Assembly: GCA_965204375.1 (NCBI GenBank)
Contig: OZ241986.1
Location: 3,232,001-3,296,000 of the forward strand
Origin: Candidatus Latescibacterota bacterium
Lineage (GTDB): Bacteria > Latescibacterota > UBA2968
DNA length: 64,000 bases
Direction of reading: 5' to 3'
This document shows, piece by piece, positions 38,248 to 48,230 of the stretch. Both the position numbers and the translations under genes were made by a program. Position 1 is the first letter of the stretch; each line of letters opens with the position of its first letter. The notes beneath the pieces are model-generated. The model was not told where the DNA came from. It made no database searches and was given only the letters and a program-made list of their open reading frames with translations.

Positions 38248-39885
38248 TTAAAAAGCAATGGCGTATCCGTCTCGTCTGGGATCTGAACCGCCCATCAGAG
38301 TACCGGTCTCGGGATTGATCTGAATGGCCTGTGCATTTCCCGGCCCACCCCAATTTGAGAGATAGCGAAGGTCGTGACCTTTCCGAGCCAGAGCTTCGCA
38401 CTCAATTGTAGGAAAACGGCTTTCGAGTTGAAGCACATCTTCGCAGGTATGGGGAACCGTGGATTCCATAGGATTTTGCAGAGAACGCCAGCGGGGGGCT
38501 TCAACAGCCTCTTGAGGTGTCATGCCAAAATCCAGAATATGTGTCACCAGTTGCAAATTGGTCTGCACCTGTGTATCTGCGCCCGGCGTGCCGCATATCA
38601 GAACGGGTTTACCGTCTTTCGCGACAATAACGGGATTCATAGTGTGGCGAACCCGCTTACCTGGCATCAGACAATTGGGATGATCTTTTTCCAGATGCCA
38701 GTACGTCATGCGATTGTTGAGAAGAATACCCGTATCCCCCGCAATAAGACTTGACCCCCAGCCAGATTGAATACTCTGCAATTGACAAACCGCGTTGCCC
38801 TCGCCGTCAGCTACGCAGAAACAGGTGGTATCCTCGACCGATTCCGGGATACCGGGCGAAACATGAATAGCAGCGCGTTCGAGATCGATGCACGAGGCGC
38901 GCTCTTTTGCATAATCTTTTGAGAGAAGTCCATCAATTGGCACATCGACCCAATCTGGATCGGCCACGTATTTTTCTCGGTCTGCAAAAGCGAGTTTTTT
39001 GGCTTCAACCATAAGGTGGATACTCTCGGCAGTATTGCAGCCCAGTGCCCGAAGATCGAAATTTTCGACAATATTGAGTTCTTGAAGTAAAATATGCCCG
39101 CTCGAATTGGGCGGCGCTTCATATACGGTATAACCTTTGTAGGTCACGGCAATGGGATCGCCAATGCGGGCGCAATGGTTTTTCAAATCGGCTTCGGTGA
39201 GCAACCCACCTCGCGACTGGCTAAATGCAACAAGTGCCCGGGCTATTTCACCCGTGCGATAGGCGTCGCGTCCCTCTGCGGCGATTTTCCGCAAGGTCTT
39301 ACCCAGGTCTTTCTGATAGACGATATCTCCGGGACCGAATGGCTGACCATCATTTGTGAAGACCGCCCGCGTATATGGATCAGATGCAAAGCGTTTTGTT
39401 TCCCCCCGCAAGCTACCCGCCAATTTGTGACTGAGCGGAAAGCCGTCTTCGCAAAAGGCGATTGCCGGCGCAAAAATATCTTCGAGCGGGCGCGTGCCAA
39501 AGTGCTCGTGAGCAACAAGCCAGCCGTCAACAAGACCGGGAATGGAAACGCTCAGAATACCTTTCATCGGGATACCACCGCGTTTGAGATAAAATTCCCG
39601 GGTCGCACCCGTTGGGGCTGCGCCAGTGGCATTGATGGCAGATACTGTGCCCGTCTTAGCTGAATAGACCAGGATAAAACCATCGCCACCTGCGCCTGAA
39701 GATTGCGGTTCAACCACGCCGAGCGCAGCGGCCGTGGCAATAGCCGCATCAATGGCATTACCACCCGCCATCATAACCTGAATACCTGCTTGAGAAGCGA
39801 GATGGTGTCCCGATGTGACCACGCCATTTCTGCCCATAATGGACGGCCTAAAGGCGGGATAGGCAATTGCATGAGGAGAAGACAT
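38248..39885 (-). CDS. ggt: gamma-glutamyltransferase family protein
   Basis: GGNAIDAAIA, DTTCF nucleophile, LNNRM, GSDPRRDG. Confidence 0.9.
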   Translation of the reverse strand: MSSPHAIAYPAFRPSIMGRNGVVTSGHHLASQAGIQVMMAGGNAIDAAIATAAALGVVEPQSSGAGGDGFILVYSAKTGTVSAINATGAAPTGATREFYLKRGGIPMKGILSVSIPGLVDGWLVAHEHFGTRPLEDIFAPAIAFCEDGFPLSHKLAGSLRGETKRFASDPYTRAVFTNDGQPFGPGDIVYQKDLGKTLRKIAAEGRDAYRTGEIARALVAFSQSRGGLLTEADLKNHCARIGDPIAVTYKGYTVYEAPPNSSGHILLQELNIVENFDLRALGCNTAESIHLMVEAKKLAFADREKYVADPDWVDVPIDGLLSKDYAKERASCIDLERAAIHVSPGIPESVEDTTCFCVADGEGNAVCQLQSIQSGWGSSLIAGDTGILLNNRMTYWHLEKDHPNCLMPGKRVRHTMNPVIVAKDGKPVLICGTPGADTQVQTNLQLVTHILDFGMTPQEAVEAPRWRSLQNPMESTVPHTCEDVLQLESRFPTIECEALARKGHDLRYLSNWGGPGNAQAIQINPETGTLMGGSDPRRDGYAIAF

Positions 39886-39977
39886 TATATGCTCCTGAGA
39901 CGGTTTTTTGATAAAAAGTGATAAAAGTGTTTTGTTAATTTCTCTCTAACGCCCGCGCCCGTATTCTTAGATACACC

Positions 39978-40006
39978 TTGACAAAATGCCCTGAGGCCAC
40001 TAATTT
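39978..40006 (+). promoter_or_regulatory. sigma70-like promoter upstream of the response regulator
   Basis: TTGACA-N17-TAATTT. Confidence 0.5.
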
Positions 40007-40095
40007 TCGGCTTTCTGTTTTCAGTACTGATATTACACACGGGCGCATTAAAATGCGTAATATCAGTTCCTCCCTTATTCCCAATTTCGTCTCCA

Positions 40096-40767
40096 ATGGC
40101 AACTATTCTTCTTCTCGCAGACGAAGCCTACGGCGCGCGTCTCAAATCAGACCTCGAATATATCGGGCATCAAGTTGAACACGTGATCCTGAGGGGACGG
40201 AGCAATTTGCCTCCCATACCCGCCAACAGCATTGACTTGACCATCATTGACCCCGAATCCTCCCTCGACCGCCTCTCACAGGCCATTGCGCACCTTCAAC
40301 AACAGCACCCTGCCAACGACTGTTCCCTGCTCGTCATCACCGATGAAATGACCGCACTCAACCTCGATTTTTCACTCGGCATTTCAGATTTTATCATCAA
40401 GCCCTATAGCCTGCGCGAGTTCGAAGCGCGCCTGCGTCTGGCCCTTTGGAACGACGACCATACCCCCGACGACCACACCCTTAAAATAGACGACCTCGTC
40501 ATCAATATGGCGCGCTACGAAGTGCGCGTCAAGGGCAGCGTTGTCGAACTCACACTCAAAGAATACGAACTACTCAAACATCTGGTCACCCACGAGGCTC
40601 GCGTATTTACCCGGTCGGACCTGCTCGACAGCATCTGGGGCTATGACTATTACGGCGGCATGCGCACCGTTGACGTCCACATTCGCCGCCTGCGCTCCAA
40701 ACTCGGCGAATCGGGCAAAGCCATTACCACAGTGCGCGGTGTCGGCTACAAATTTGATCCACCCTGA
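40096..40767 (+). CDS. orphan OmpR/PhoB-family response regulator (GlnR-like)
   Basis: LTLKEYELL, IWGYDYYGGMRTVDVHIRRLRSKLG, TVRGVGY. Confidence 0.88.
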   Translation: MATILLLADEAYGARLKSDLEYIGHQVEHVILRGRSNLPPIPANSIDLTIIDPESSLDRLSQAIAHLQQQHPANDCSLLVITDEMTALNLDFSLGISDFIIKPYSLREFEARLRLALWNDDHTPDDHTLKIDDLVINMARYEVRVKGSVVELTLKEYELLKHLVTHEARVFTRSDLLDSIWGYDYYGGMRTVDVHIRRLRSKLGESGKAITTVRGVGYKFDPP

Positions 40768-40795
40768 TAATCAAAAATAGCACCTGACACACCAC

Positions 40796-40824
40796 AAACC
40801 CCAGAAGCACGCTCCTGGGGTTTT
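40796..40824 (+). terminator. intrinsic terminator
   Basis: AAACCCCAG...CTGGGGTTTT hairpin. Confidence 0.65.
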
Positions 40825-40885
40825 CTGGTTCATATCAAATCTGCATACATAATAGAAATATCTGCTGTGCGGTAAATCTCATTTT

Positions 40886-42124
40886 TTATACGGATAACGC
40901 GCCCTGCTGCGTAGTGATCCACTGATAACGAACCGGTTTGTACAATTTCTCCAATTTCTGATCAGCGGTGGCCCGCTTGAGCCAGATATTGAGTTGGGTC
41001 TTGTGAACTTGCAATGCTTCAGCTAATTCATCAGGAGTCTTTGAGACATCTTTACACAGGATCTGAGCTTTTGAGAGAAATAGATCATAGAATCCAATAT
41101 CCTCGACTGAAGAGTATGTCTTAGCATCCTCCTTAACAACTTGGACGAACTGATCTGATTTCGTCAGCGTCATTTGTTGTGGGGATTTTTCTTTACGACC
41201 TGTCGTAAACAGTGCTTTGAGATCAACGTTCCCGATATTCTTCGGTACCCATGTTGCACCAGTCCTGACGATAGCTGCATTTCCGATTCTTTTTTCGTTA
41301 GTCCTTTTTACCCAAAGCGGTACCCATTGCTTCTTGAGATTTTCCATCGCGCCGCTCCAAGTACCGCCCCTTGTACCGGAGTGAACCACCAGAGCTGCAT
41401 CAGAAAGGCAATAAATGTACTTGTTACGCTGCATGGCATGGCCCACGTTGAACCCAGCTTCGGGATAAAAAGTCGAAATAAGTACAAGATTATTTGCCAT
41501 CAAGTGTTTGCGATACTTGACACCTGAGCAGGCTTTCATAAGGCTATCCGCAAGCACACCAATCACAGTGCCTTCTTCTTCAAGTGCTCCAAGCATAGAT
41601 GCCTCATCAACCCCTCTCGCACCTCCCGAAACAACCGAATAACCAGTGTCCGCAGCCAGGGCACCCAGATCACGACTATATGCCAAATCCTCTTCCGTTG
41701 CATTGCGAGAGCCTATGACTGCCAAGCCACCGCTATCGAGTAAGGCTCTGTTACCGCAACCAAACACGACGGCAGGTGAGTCAATCCCCAGACGTTGCTT
41801 GAATCGCATCGGGTAATCTGGATCCGATCTTGTCATAACCCATAGACCCGCACGGAACCATTTCTCCAAGGCCAGCGCAAGTGCTGAACCGCGATGCATC
41901 AGGCCCTCGATACGCTCCATGGTAATCGTCTTGTCTGACCACCCATTTAAGAGTTCATCAAGTCGCCCGGTCATCAGGTCCTCTGGGGTCAGTGACTGCT
42001 TCCTAAGCCACCATGTAAAACGCCCCCATTCTTTCATCGTCAACGGTTTAACCGCCTCATTTTTCGCTTTGGAAAAATGCGCCGTCAACAATAAAATCGC
42101 CTGTGTATTATGTGATACCGACAT
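40886..42124 (-). CDS. DprA/Smf-family protein (RqlI-like)
   Basis: AVIGSR, VSGGARGVD, AMQRNKYIY, GGTWSGA; C-terminal HTH. Confidence 0.85.
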   Translation of the reverse strand: MSVSHNTQAILLLTAHFSKAKNEAVKPLTMKEWGRFTWWLRKQSLTPEDLMTGRLDELLNGWSDKTITMERIEGLMHRGSALALALEKWFRAGLWVMTRSDPDYPMRFKQRLGIDSPAVVFGCGNRALLDSGGLAVIGSRNATEEDLAYSRDLGALAADTGYSVVSGGARGVDEASMLGALEEEGTVIGVLADSLMKACSGVKYRKHLMANNLVLISTFYPEAGFNVGHAMQRNKYIYCLSDAALVVHSGTRGGTWSGAMENLKKQWVPLWVKRTNEKRIGNAAIVRTGATWVPKNIGNVDLKALFTTGRKEKSPQQMTLTKSDQFVQVVKEDAKTYSSVEDIGFYDLFLSKAQILCKDVSKTPDELAEALQVHKTQLNIWLKRATADQKLEKLYKPVRYQWITTQQGALSV

Positions 42125-44221
42125 TTAATCCCCCGCACTCGTCGAGGCTAATGCCACCGGAAAGACCGGCCCACTTCCCGCCTGCCGCAACAAGGCAGCA
42201 AGTACGGTGACCGTCCATCCAGAATCTATTATATCATCCACCAGTAGCACAGGTGTTTCAGGAATATTTCCCGAAATTTCGAACACGCCATCCAGATTTT
42301 GGCATTGATGGAAACGGTTCTGCTGGTTCTTTTGCGGTTCGTTATTCTTTATTTTATGAATGGCGTCCACAAAAGGCAATTGCAATTGGATTGCGAGTCG
42401 CTGTGCAAAGTCCGGCACCAGCGTACGATGGCTGATAGAAGGAACACAGGTCACCCATTTCGGGGCGGGATCTGGTTGCCATCGTTGCTTGATCATCTCA
42501 GCCATAGCTTCCACCAACGCATCCCGAAAGCGACCTGCATGCTTATCAGTGGACACCAGTTGACCCCAACCAGCATCACCCCATCGCGATAATATCCGTC
42601 CTTCCAATGCCTGAAGTTCAGGCCGTAGATTGCCTCGAAAGCCATATATGGGAAACGCACCAGTAGCGACCTGTCTATTCGGTTTGAAGGGCATTTCCGC
42701 CTGCCTCAAAAACCGAGTTGCATCAATGATAAGGGAGTGTTCCGTATCTATATCCACAACTGGTCCACCCAGACAAACAGCACACCGACCACACGCATCG
42801 CTTTCTGGATCATCAAGGGCATTTCTCAAATAGGCCATGAGACAAACATCCGTGTCGATATAATCTTGAACCTCTTGCCACTCGATTTCTCTTTGCTGTG
42901 TCAAACGTTCAATTCGCGCGTGGTCCATACGGTATAGAACAGGTGTCCGACGCCACCTGCTACCCTGATTGATTACAGGAGATGGGTTCTCAACACTGAG
43001 AATTTTTAAGACTTTTTCAATTTGTCCATGCCTCAAATTGAGATACTGTTGAAGTTGAAATATAGATAATTCATCGTGGTCGGCCAGCACATCCAGGATT
43101 CTGTTCACGTCTTGCTCATCAGGGAACGCGCTACTGCGGAAGTACTCGTGGATATCTTCGTCCTCCCGGCCCGCCAGCAACACACCATAAGCATTGTCGA
43201 TTGCTCTTCCGGCTCGACCGACCTGTTGGTAATAGGCCACCACTGAACCGGGAGCCTGGTAATGAATGACAAAGCTAAGGTCAGGCTTGTCGTAACCCAT
43301 GCCTAATGCAGTAGTCGCTACCAGCACCTTTATCTTATTTCTCAACAGCAGGTCTTCGAGATGTTGTCGGTACTCGTTGCTGTCCTCGAAGTCTTCATGC
43401 TGGACATAGCTATAGTAGGCGTACGCCTCTATCCCCTGCTGCTTTAGCCAGTCTGCCACCTGTTCAGCGTCCCGAATCGTCAGCACATAGACGATCCCGG
43501 TACCCGGTAATTCTGGAATATGTTGTGCCAGCCAAGCCAGCCGAGACGCCTGATCGGGTAATCGAAGTGTTTGCAGCGCCAGACTATCCCGAACCAGTGT
43601 ACCGCGCTGAATCTCGATATCGCTGAGTTGTGTCTTTACGTCCTCAATCACCCGGTCATTGGCGGTGGCAGTTGTGCCCAGTACCGGCATATTCGGCGGC
43701 ATTTGTTGTAACACATTGATCAGTCGTTGATAATCCGGGCGAAAGTCGTGGCCCCAGTCAGAAATGCAATGTACTTCATCAACTACGAACAAACCAACGC
43801 GATCAGCTACCGGTATCAAAACTTCTTCGACAAATGTCTCGTTCGCGAGACGTTCAGGCGAAATCAGAATGGCATCAACCTGATCGGCTAACATGGCATG
43901 GCTGATCTCTGGCCAGTTATCCTGGTTTGTGGAATTGATCGTCTCTGCACGAATACCAAGTCGATTGGCCGCTTCAATTTGATTGCGCATCAGCGCAAGA
44001 AGTGGGGACACAATCACTGTTACTCCGCTCCCTTGATCACGTAATATGCGCGTGCCAATGAAGTAAACCGAGCTTTTGCCCCAGCCAGTGCGCTGTACCA
44101 CCATCAACTTGCGGCGGTAGTTGACCAGCGCGTCAATAGCTTCCCATTGACCCGTTCGAAAACGGGCGTTGGGATCACCGACAGCACGTCTCAATAAGAC
44201 TTCGGCTTGATATTTTTGCAT
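42125..44221 (-). CDS. RecQ-like helicase with a C-terminal phosphoribosyltransferase domain (RqlH-like)
   Basis: TGWGKS, VDEVHCISDWGHDFRP, YYQQVGRAGR, Zn-binding CGRCAVC, VLLVDDIIDSGWT. Confidence 0.9.
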   Translation of the reverse strand: MQKYQAEVLLRRAVGDPNARFRTGQWEAIDALVNYRRKLMVVQRTGWGKSSVYFIGTRILRDQGSGVTVIVSPLLALMRNQIEAANRLGIRAETINSTNQDNWPEISHAMLADQVDAILISPERLANETFVEEVLIPVADRVGLFVVDEVHCISDWGHDFRPDYQRLINVLQQMPPNMPVLGTTATANDRVIEDVKTQLSDIEIQRGTLVRDSLALQTLRLPDQASRLAWLAQHIPELPGTGIVYVLTIRDAEQVADWLKQQGIEAYAYYSYVQHEDFEDSNEYRQHLEDLLLRNKIKVLVATTALGMGYDKPDLSFVIHYQAPGSVVAYYQQVGRAGRAIDNAYGVLLAGREDEDIHEYFRSSAFPDEQDVNRILDVLADHDELSIFQLQQYLNLRHGQIEKVLKILSVENPSPVINQGSRWRRTPVLYRMDHARIERLTQQREIEWQEVQDYIDTDVCLMAYLRNALDDPESDACGRCAVCLGGPVVDIDTEHSLIIDATRFLRQAEMPFKPNRQVATGAFPIYGFRGNLRPELQALEGRILSRWGDAGWGQLVSTDKHAGRFRDALVEAMAEMIKQRWQPDPAPKWVTCVPSISHRTLVPDFAQRLAIQLQLPFVDAIHKIKNNEPQKNQQNRFHQCQNLDGVFEISGNIPETPVLLVDDIIDSGWTVTVLAALLRQAGSGPVFPVALASTSAGD

Positions 44222-44282
44222 TCTAATCCTATCTCTTGGGACATGCACAGGAGTACATCCCTACACTCACACCTCTTGCCTC

Positions 44283-45248
44283 TTACTTTACAACCGGTGT
44301 GCGACTACGATAGCCGTTCACATGTGGTTGCTTTTGGCTCGTCTCTTGTTCCTGTGCCCAGGCTCGCAACGGAACATCATCCCAATTCTTTGTCAGCCAG
44401 TATTGCGACGAAGGGTGAAAATCCGGTTCTGGTCCCAGCGGGTCTTTTCCCGATGCCAGCGCGCCCAACAACTGACGCCTAATTGGCGAACTCCGTTCAA
44501 TGAGCGCGGCATCCTGCTCAATATAATCAGTTGGACGAAGCCACCGATAATTATACCCCACATGCATAATCTTCCGCGTTTTTCTCGACAAATTGGGCCC
44601 CACGCAGTGCCAAACAGCGGTTCGCCACAACACCGCAGAACCAGCCCGCAACTTAAGCTCGACCGCCTCTTCTGGATTGACCTCGCGTCCCATTTCCCGC
44701 AACTCTTCGGGCTTGCGCTTGTGACTACCCGGCACCAACCACAGATTGCCACAATTGGATTCGGTCATATCGTAAAGCACATAAAAAACCTTAATCTCCA
44801 TAAACGGGAGACGTCCATCCAGCGAAGGACCCAGAAACAGCATATCGCTCGCCAAATCGGGATGCCATGCCACATTGCGGTACCCAACCTCCTGATCTTC
44901 GCCCTTGCCAATGCCAACATCGCCTGCTTTCAAACCCTCGGGATACGGTGGTCGATAGTCCAGATGCGTGGTTCGGATCTGAATATTCCAGCCAATCGCA
45001 TCCACCACCAGAGGCAACATGCGCGGATGATCAACCAAATCGAGAAAAGCCTCGTGCTGCGACAGGACATTGCGCACGGCAAAAGGATCATCAGGTCCCA
45101 GACCCTCGGCCTCTCGAACCCGCTCTGCCACCTCATCAATAGCCAGCAAAAGCCGATTCACTTCGTCCTGAGTAAAGAAATCCTCAAGAATAACAAATCC
45201 CTTCTCATCAAAATCTCTCTCTTGCTGCTCTGTCATCGCAAGAGCCAT
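44283..45248 (-). CDS. phytanoyl-CoA dioxygenase (PhyH) family Fe/2OG oxygenase
   Basis: FDEKGFVILEDF, WHPD, VPGSH, WHCVGPN. Confidence 0.85.
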   Translation of the reverse strand: MALAMTEQQERDFDEKGFVILEDFFTQDEVNRLLLAIDEVAERVREAEGLGPDDPFAVRNVLSQHEAFLDLVDHPRMLPLVVDAIGWNIQIRTTHLDYRPPYPEGLKAGDVGIGKGEDQEVGYRNVAWHPDLASDMLFLGPSLDGRLPFMEIKVFYVLYDMTESNCGNLWLVPGSHKRKPEELREMGREVNPEEAVELKLRAGSAVLWRTAVWHCVGPNLSRKTRKIMHVGYNYRWLRPTDYIEQDAALIERSSPIRRQLLGALASGKDPLGPEPDFHPSSQYWLTKNWDDVPLRAWAQEQETSQKQPHVNGYRSRTPVVK

Positions 45249-45444
45249 AAATACCTCCTTTAGCCTGCAAGTATCAGCTATGCCAATTATTGAAGCTCTG
45301 GATCTGCATTCGCACTTCGTTCTATCAAATACTCACTTGAGGGTGATTTTATCAAAACTGCGCTATCCCGCCATTGCAAATATAAATCAGGTGGGATATT
45401 TTGATGAATACCTTCAATCGATTCTATAGGTGGTCTGATGGGAA

Positions 45445-46744
45445 TTATATACTAAACGGCCGGTGAGGCCATTAGTATATTTCCTGCTTCGTCGTGTTTA
45501 GCCACTATATTAGCTGGTCTTACATTCACTCCACAGGCGTTCACTTGTCTTACAGATGAAGACAAGTCAATTTCGGTCACTCCAACCGTATTGTGCTGAA
45601 CATTTATTGCTGCGTTCACGTCTCGGTCATGGTATGCACCACACTCCGGGCACTCCCAATTACGGATATGCAATGGAAGACCACCAAGGACATGCCCACA
45701 TACATGACACGTTTTACTACTCGGATAGTATGCATTGAGTTTCTTTACTCTTCGTCCATACCACTTGCCTTTGTATTCCAACATGCGTACAAACTCCGAC
45801 CAGGACACATCACCGATCAGTCGGGCAAGTCGTCGGTTTTTCATCATATTTCTTACACGTAATGTCTCTACACCGATAGCTTGGCTCTCACGTATCAGGC
45901 GTGTTGATAACTTGTGTAAAAAATATCTCCGACTATCCGTAATCTTTGCATATATGCGAGCAACATTACGTCTTGCTTTTTCCCTATTTTTCGATCCCTT
46001 TTTTCGCCGGGACAACGTACGTTGCGCTCTACGTAGCTGCTTAAAGTGTTTATCAAAAAAGCGCGGATTATCTACCTTCTCACCACTGCTCAATATCGTA
46101 TGGTAGGTTAATCCCAAGTCTATACCTATTTTGGTATCAATGGGATCCAGTTGCTTAATAGGCTCTATGACGCCGATACTCACAAAATACCTTCCCAAGC
46201 GGTCTTTCGTTACTGTCATATTACGTAATTCACAGGCTTCTGATAGTTTCTTATGAAATCGTACCTTTATATCCCCATCTATCTTTTGTAACTTTACACC
46301 GCGTTCTGTCACCTTACACCGTGTCCGGTCATAACGGATACTCTGCTTATTACTCTTACTCTTAAAACGAGGCTTTCTGCTCTGCTTATTAAAAAACCGC
46401 TCATAACTATCCTTCAAAATACGTAACGACTCTTGTAACGCCCCCGCAGATACCTCATTCAACCATCCCTTATCCGGCTCTTTTTTTATCGCTGTCAATT
46501 CTTTTATCAATTCTTCATGACTCACACTACGTCCCAACTCTTTATATGATTTTTCTTTCCGCTCCAAACCGTGATTATACACATACCGGACGCACCCAAA
46601 TGTCTTACTTAACATCTGTACCTGATACTTATTCGGATACAAACGATACTTATAGCCGCGCTGCACTCTCACTACACTCATCTTCTATGACCTCAAAAAT
46701 TAACAACAAAAATACACACTAAACCCCAGCCCTTTTGTATATAA
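45445..46744 (-). mobile_element. TnpB-only insertion element (IS200/IS605/IS1341-like), approximate bounds
   Basis: tnpB with no tnpA; related hairpins and an imperfect inverted repeat at both ends. Confidence 0.6.
45452..46681 (-). CDS. tnpB: RNA-guided endonuclease TnpB
   Basis: YKYRLYP HTH; RuvC residues GIDLG, VETL, DRDVNAA; Zn finger CHVCG...CPECG. Confidence 0.96.
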   Translation of the reverse strand: MSVVRVQRGYKYRLYPNKYQVQMLSKTFGCVRYVYNHGLERKEKSYKELGRSVSHEELIKELTAIKKEPDKGWLNEVSAGALQESLRILKDSYERFFNKQSRKPRFKSKSNKQSIRYDRTRCKVTERGVKLQKIDGDIKVRFHKKLSEACELRNMTVTKDRLGRYFVSIGVIEPIKQLDPIDTKIGIDLGLTYHTILSSGEKVDNPRFFDKHFKQLRRAQRTLSRRKKGSKNREKARRNVARIYAKITDSRRYFLHKLSTRLIRESQAIGVETLRVRNMMKNRRLARLIGDVSWSEFVRMLEYKGKWYGRRVKKLNAYYPSSKTCHVCGHVLGGLPLHIRNWECPECGAYHDRDVNAAINVQHNTVGVTEIDLSSSVRQVNACGVNVRPANIVAKHDEAGNILMASPAV

Positions 46745-48005
46745 GTCTCTTTGTTTTGTACAATCTCTGAAGCATATTATCCGTTTTTGTGAGAGCTGGA
46801 CTCATAGCAGTTGCTTTTGTTAAAGTATGTGCAAATAATCTACCCGGTGAAGTGCGCTTCGTTTCTCCAAAACCATAATTAACCAGTAAATGCACTGCAA
46901 AAATCTCTGCTAATAAAGGGGGAATCGCATTTCCTATCTGCTTGATCCTCTCTGAAGTATTTCCTTGAAATCTGAACCAATCGGGAAATGTTTGTATTCG
47001 AGCGCATTCACGCAAAGTTAATGGGCGATTGTCTTCTGGATGTATAAATTCTCTTATAGCAGCACCTGTGATAGTTAAACTCGGTTCGTCAAAAATCAAT
47101 CGCTTAATTCCCGATGGCGCACCTCCTCGTCTTTCCGTGGGTGTTCCATCCATAACACGTCGATTGGCTCTTCTTCTAAATGATTCATGATGAAGCGATT
47201 CTGGCAGATCCTTCATCGATTGCCCCGGTTTTAAATTTTTAATTCTCTCAAGTTGGACACCCTCAATTTTGGGTGTAAAGTGATCATATAATTTTTTATT
47301 TCCATCACGCAGTTGTTCTTCCCACTCATTTTTGGGCTTGTTGCTGTAACAGATAGGACTGCTCTTATCCAGTGTCGGATTGGGAAGCTCTCCAATCGTA
47401 TGTCTAAGTGTAACATCGGCATTCTTAAAAATGCGACCATACACAGGCACAATTGGTTCTGGCAAATTAAATTCCATACCCCGGCTATTTCCAATAACGA
47501 AAGTTCTCTTTCGTCTTTGTGGTATCCCGTATTCCTGTGCATAAATTTTATCAATTCTTATCGAATATCCCAATTTGATAAAGGCTCTTGCTGCTTCATA
47601 GACATATATACCACCTTTAGCCGTAAGCAGACCCTCAACATTTTCCATAATAAACCATTTGGGACGTAAGATGGCTAAGGCGTTGACGTAATGCTTCAAT
47701 AATCCATTTCTTGGATCGTCCCAAAACCGCATACCCGCTGTGCTAAAGCCCTGACATGGAGGTCCACCAATAAGAATATCCAACTCACCCGTTTTTAACT
47801 TCAAATTTTTAAGAAGTTTTTCAAAATCACAAGATATAATGTCCCCCATTTCACATTGGGTATCAGGAAAGTTATGTCTGTAAGTTTCCACAGCATTTTC
47901 GTTTATATCTATTGCGTAGAGAATATTATAACCAGCGCGTTTGAATCCCAAAGAGCAACCGCCTGCGCCTGCAAAGAGACTAATAGCTAAAGGCTTGGCA
48001 TCCAT
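46719..48005 (-). CDS. DNA (cytosine-5) methyltransferase
   Basis: LFAGAGG, GGPPCQGFS, MENV, QRRKR, RIQTFP, QIGNAIPP. Confidence 0.95.
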   Translation of the reverse strand: MDAKPLAISLFAGAGGCSLGFKRAGYNILYAIDINENAVETYRHNFPDTQCEMGDIISCDFEKLLKNLKLKTGELDILIGGPPCQGFSTAGMRFWDDPRNGLLKHYVNALAILRPKWFIMENVEGLLTAKGGIYVYEAARAFIKLGYSIRIDKIYAQEYGIPQRRKRTFVIGNSRGMEFNLPEPIVPVYGRIFKNADVTLRHTIGELPNPTLDKSSPICYSNKPKNEWEEQLRDGNKKLYDHFTPKIEGVQLERIKNLKPGQSMKDLPESLHHESFRRRANRRVMDGTPTERRGGAPSGIKRLIFDEPSLTITGAAIREFIHPEDNRPLTLRECARIQTFPDWFRFQGNTSERIKQIGNAIPPLLAEIFAVHLLVNYGFGETKRTSPGRLFAHTLTKATAMSPALTKTDNMLQRLYKTKRLIYKRAGV

Positions 48006-48230
48006 ATTCTATTTCTCTGACTTAAAATTGAGAATAATACAGAAGAATATTTCAAATCGAATATACTCATCACCTGCGAATAATTCAAGACACAACTGAT
48101 TCAAAAATCTCTCAAACCCAAATAACCCTAAACCACTTTATTTTTTAACATTGAGAATTATATTGTCACACCGGCGAACACCTCGTATTTCTCAACCCAT
48201 CGCGTCGGATGTCCTTCAAGGGAGAATGCT

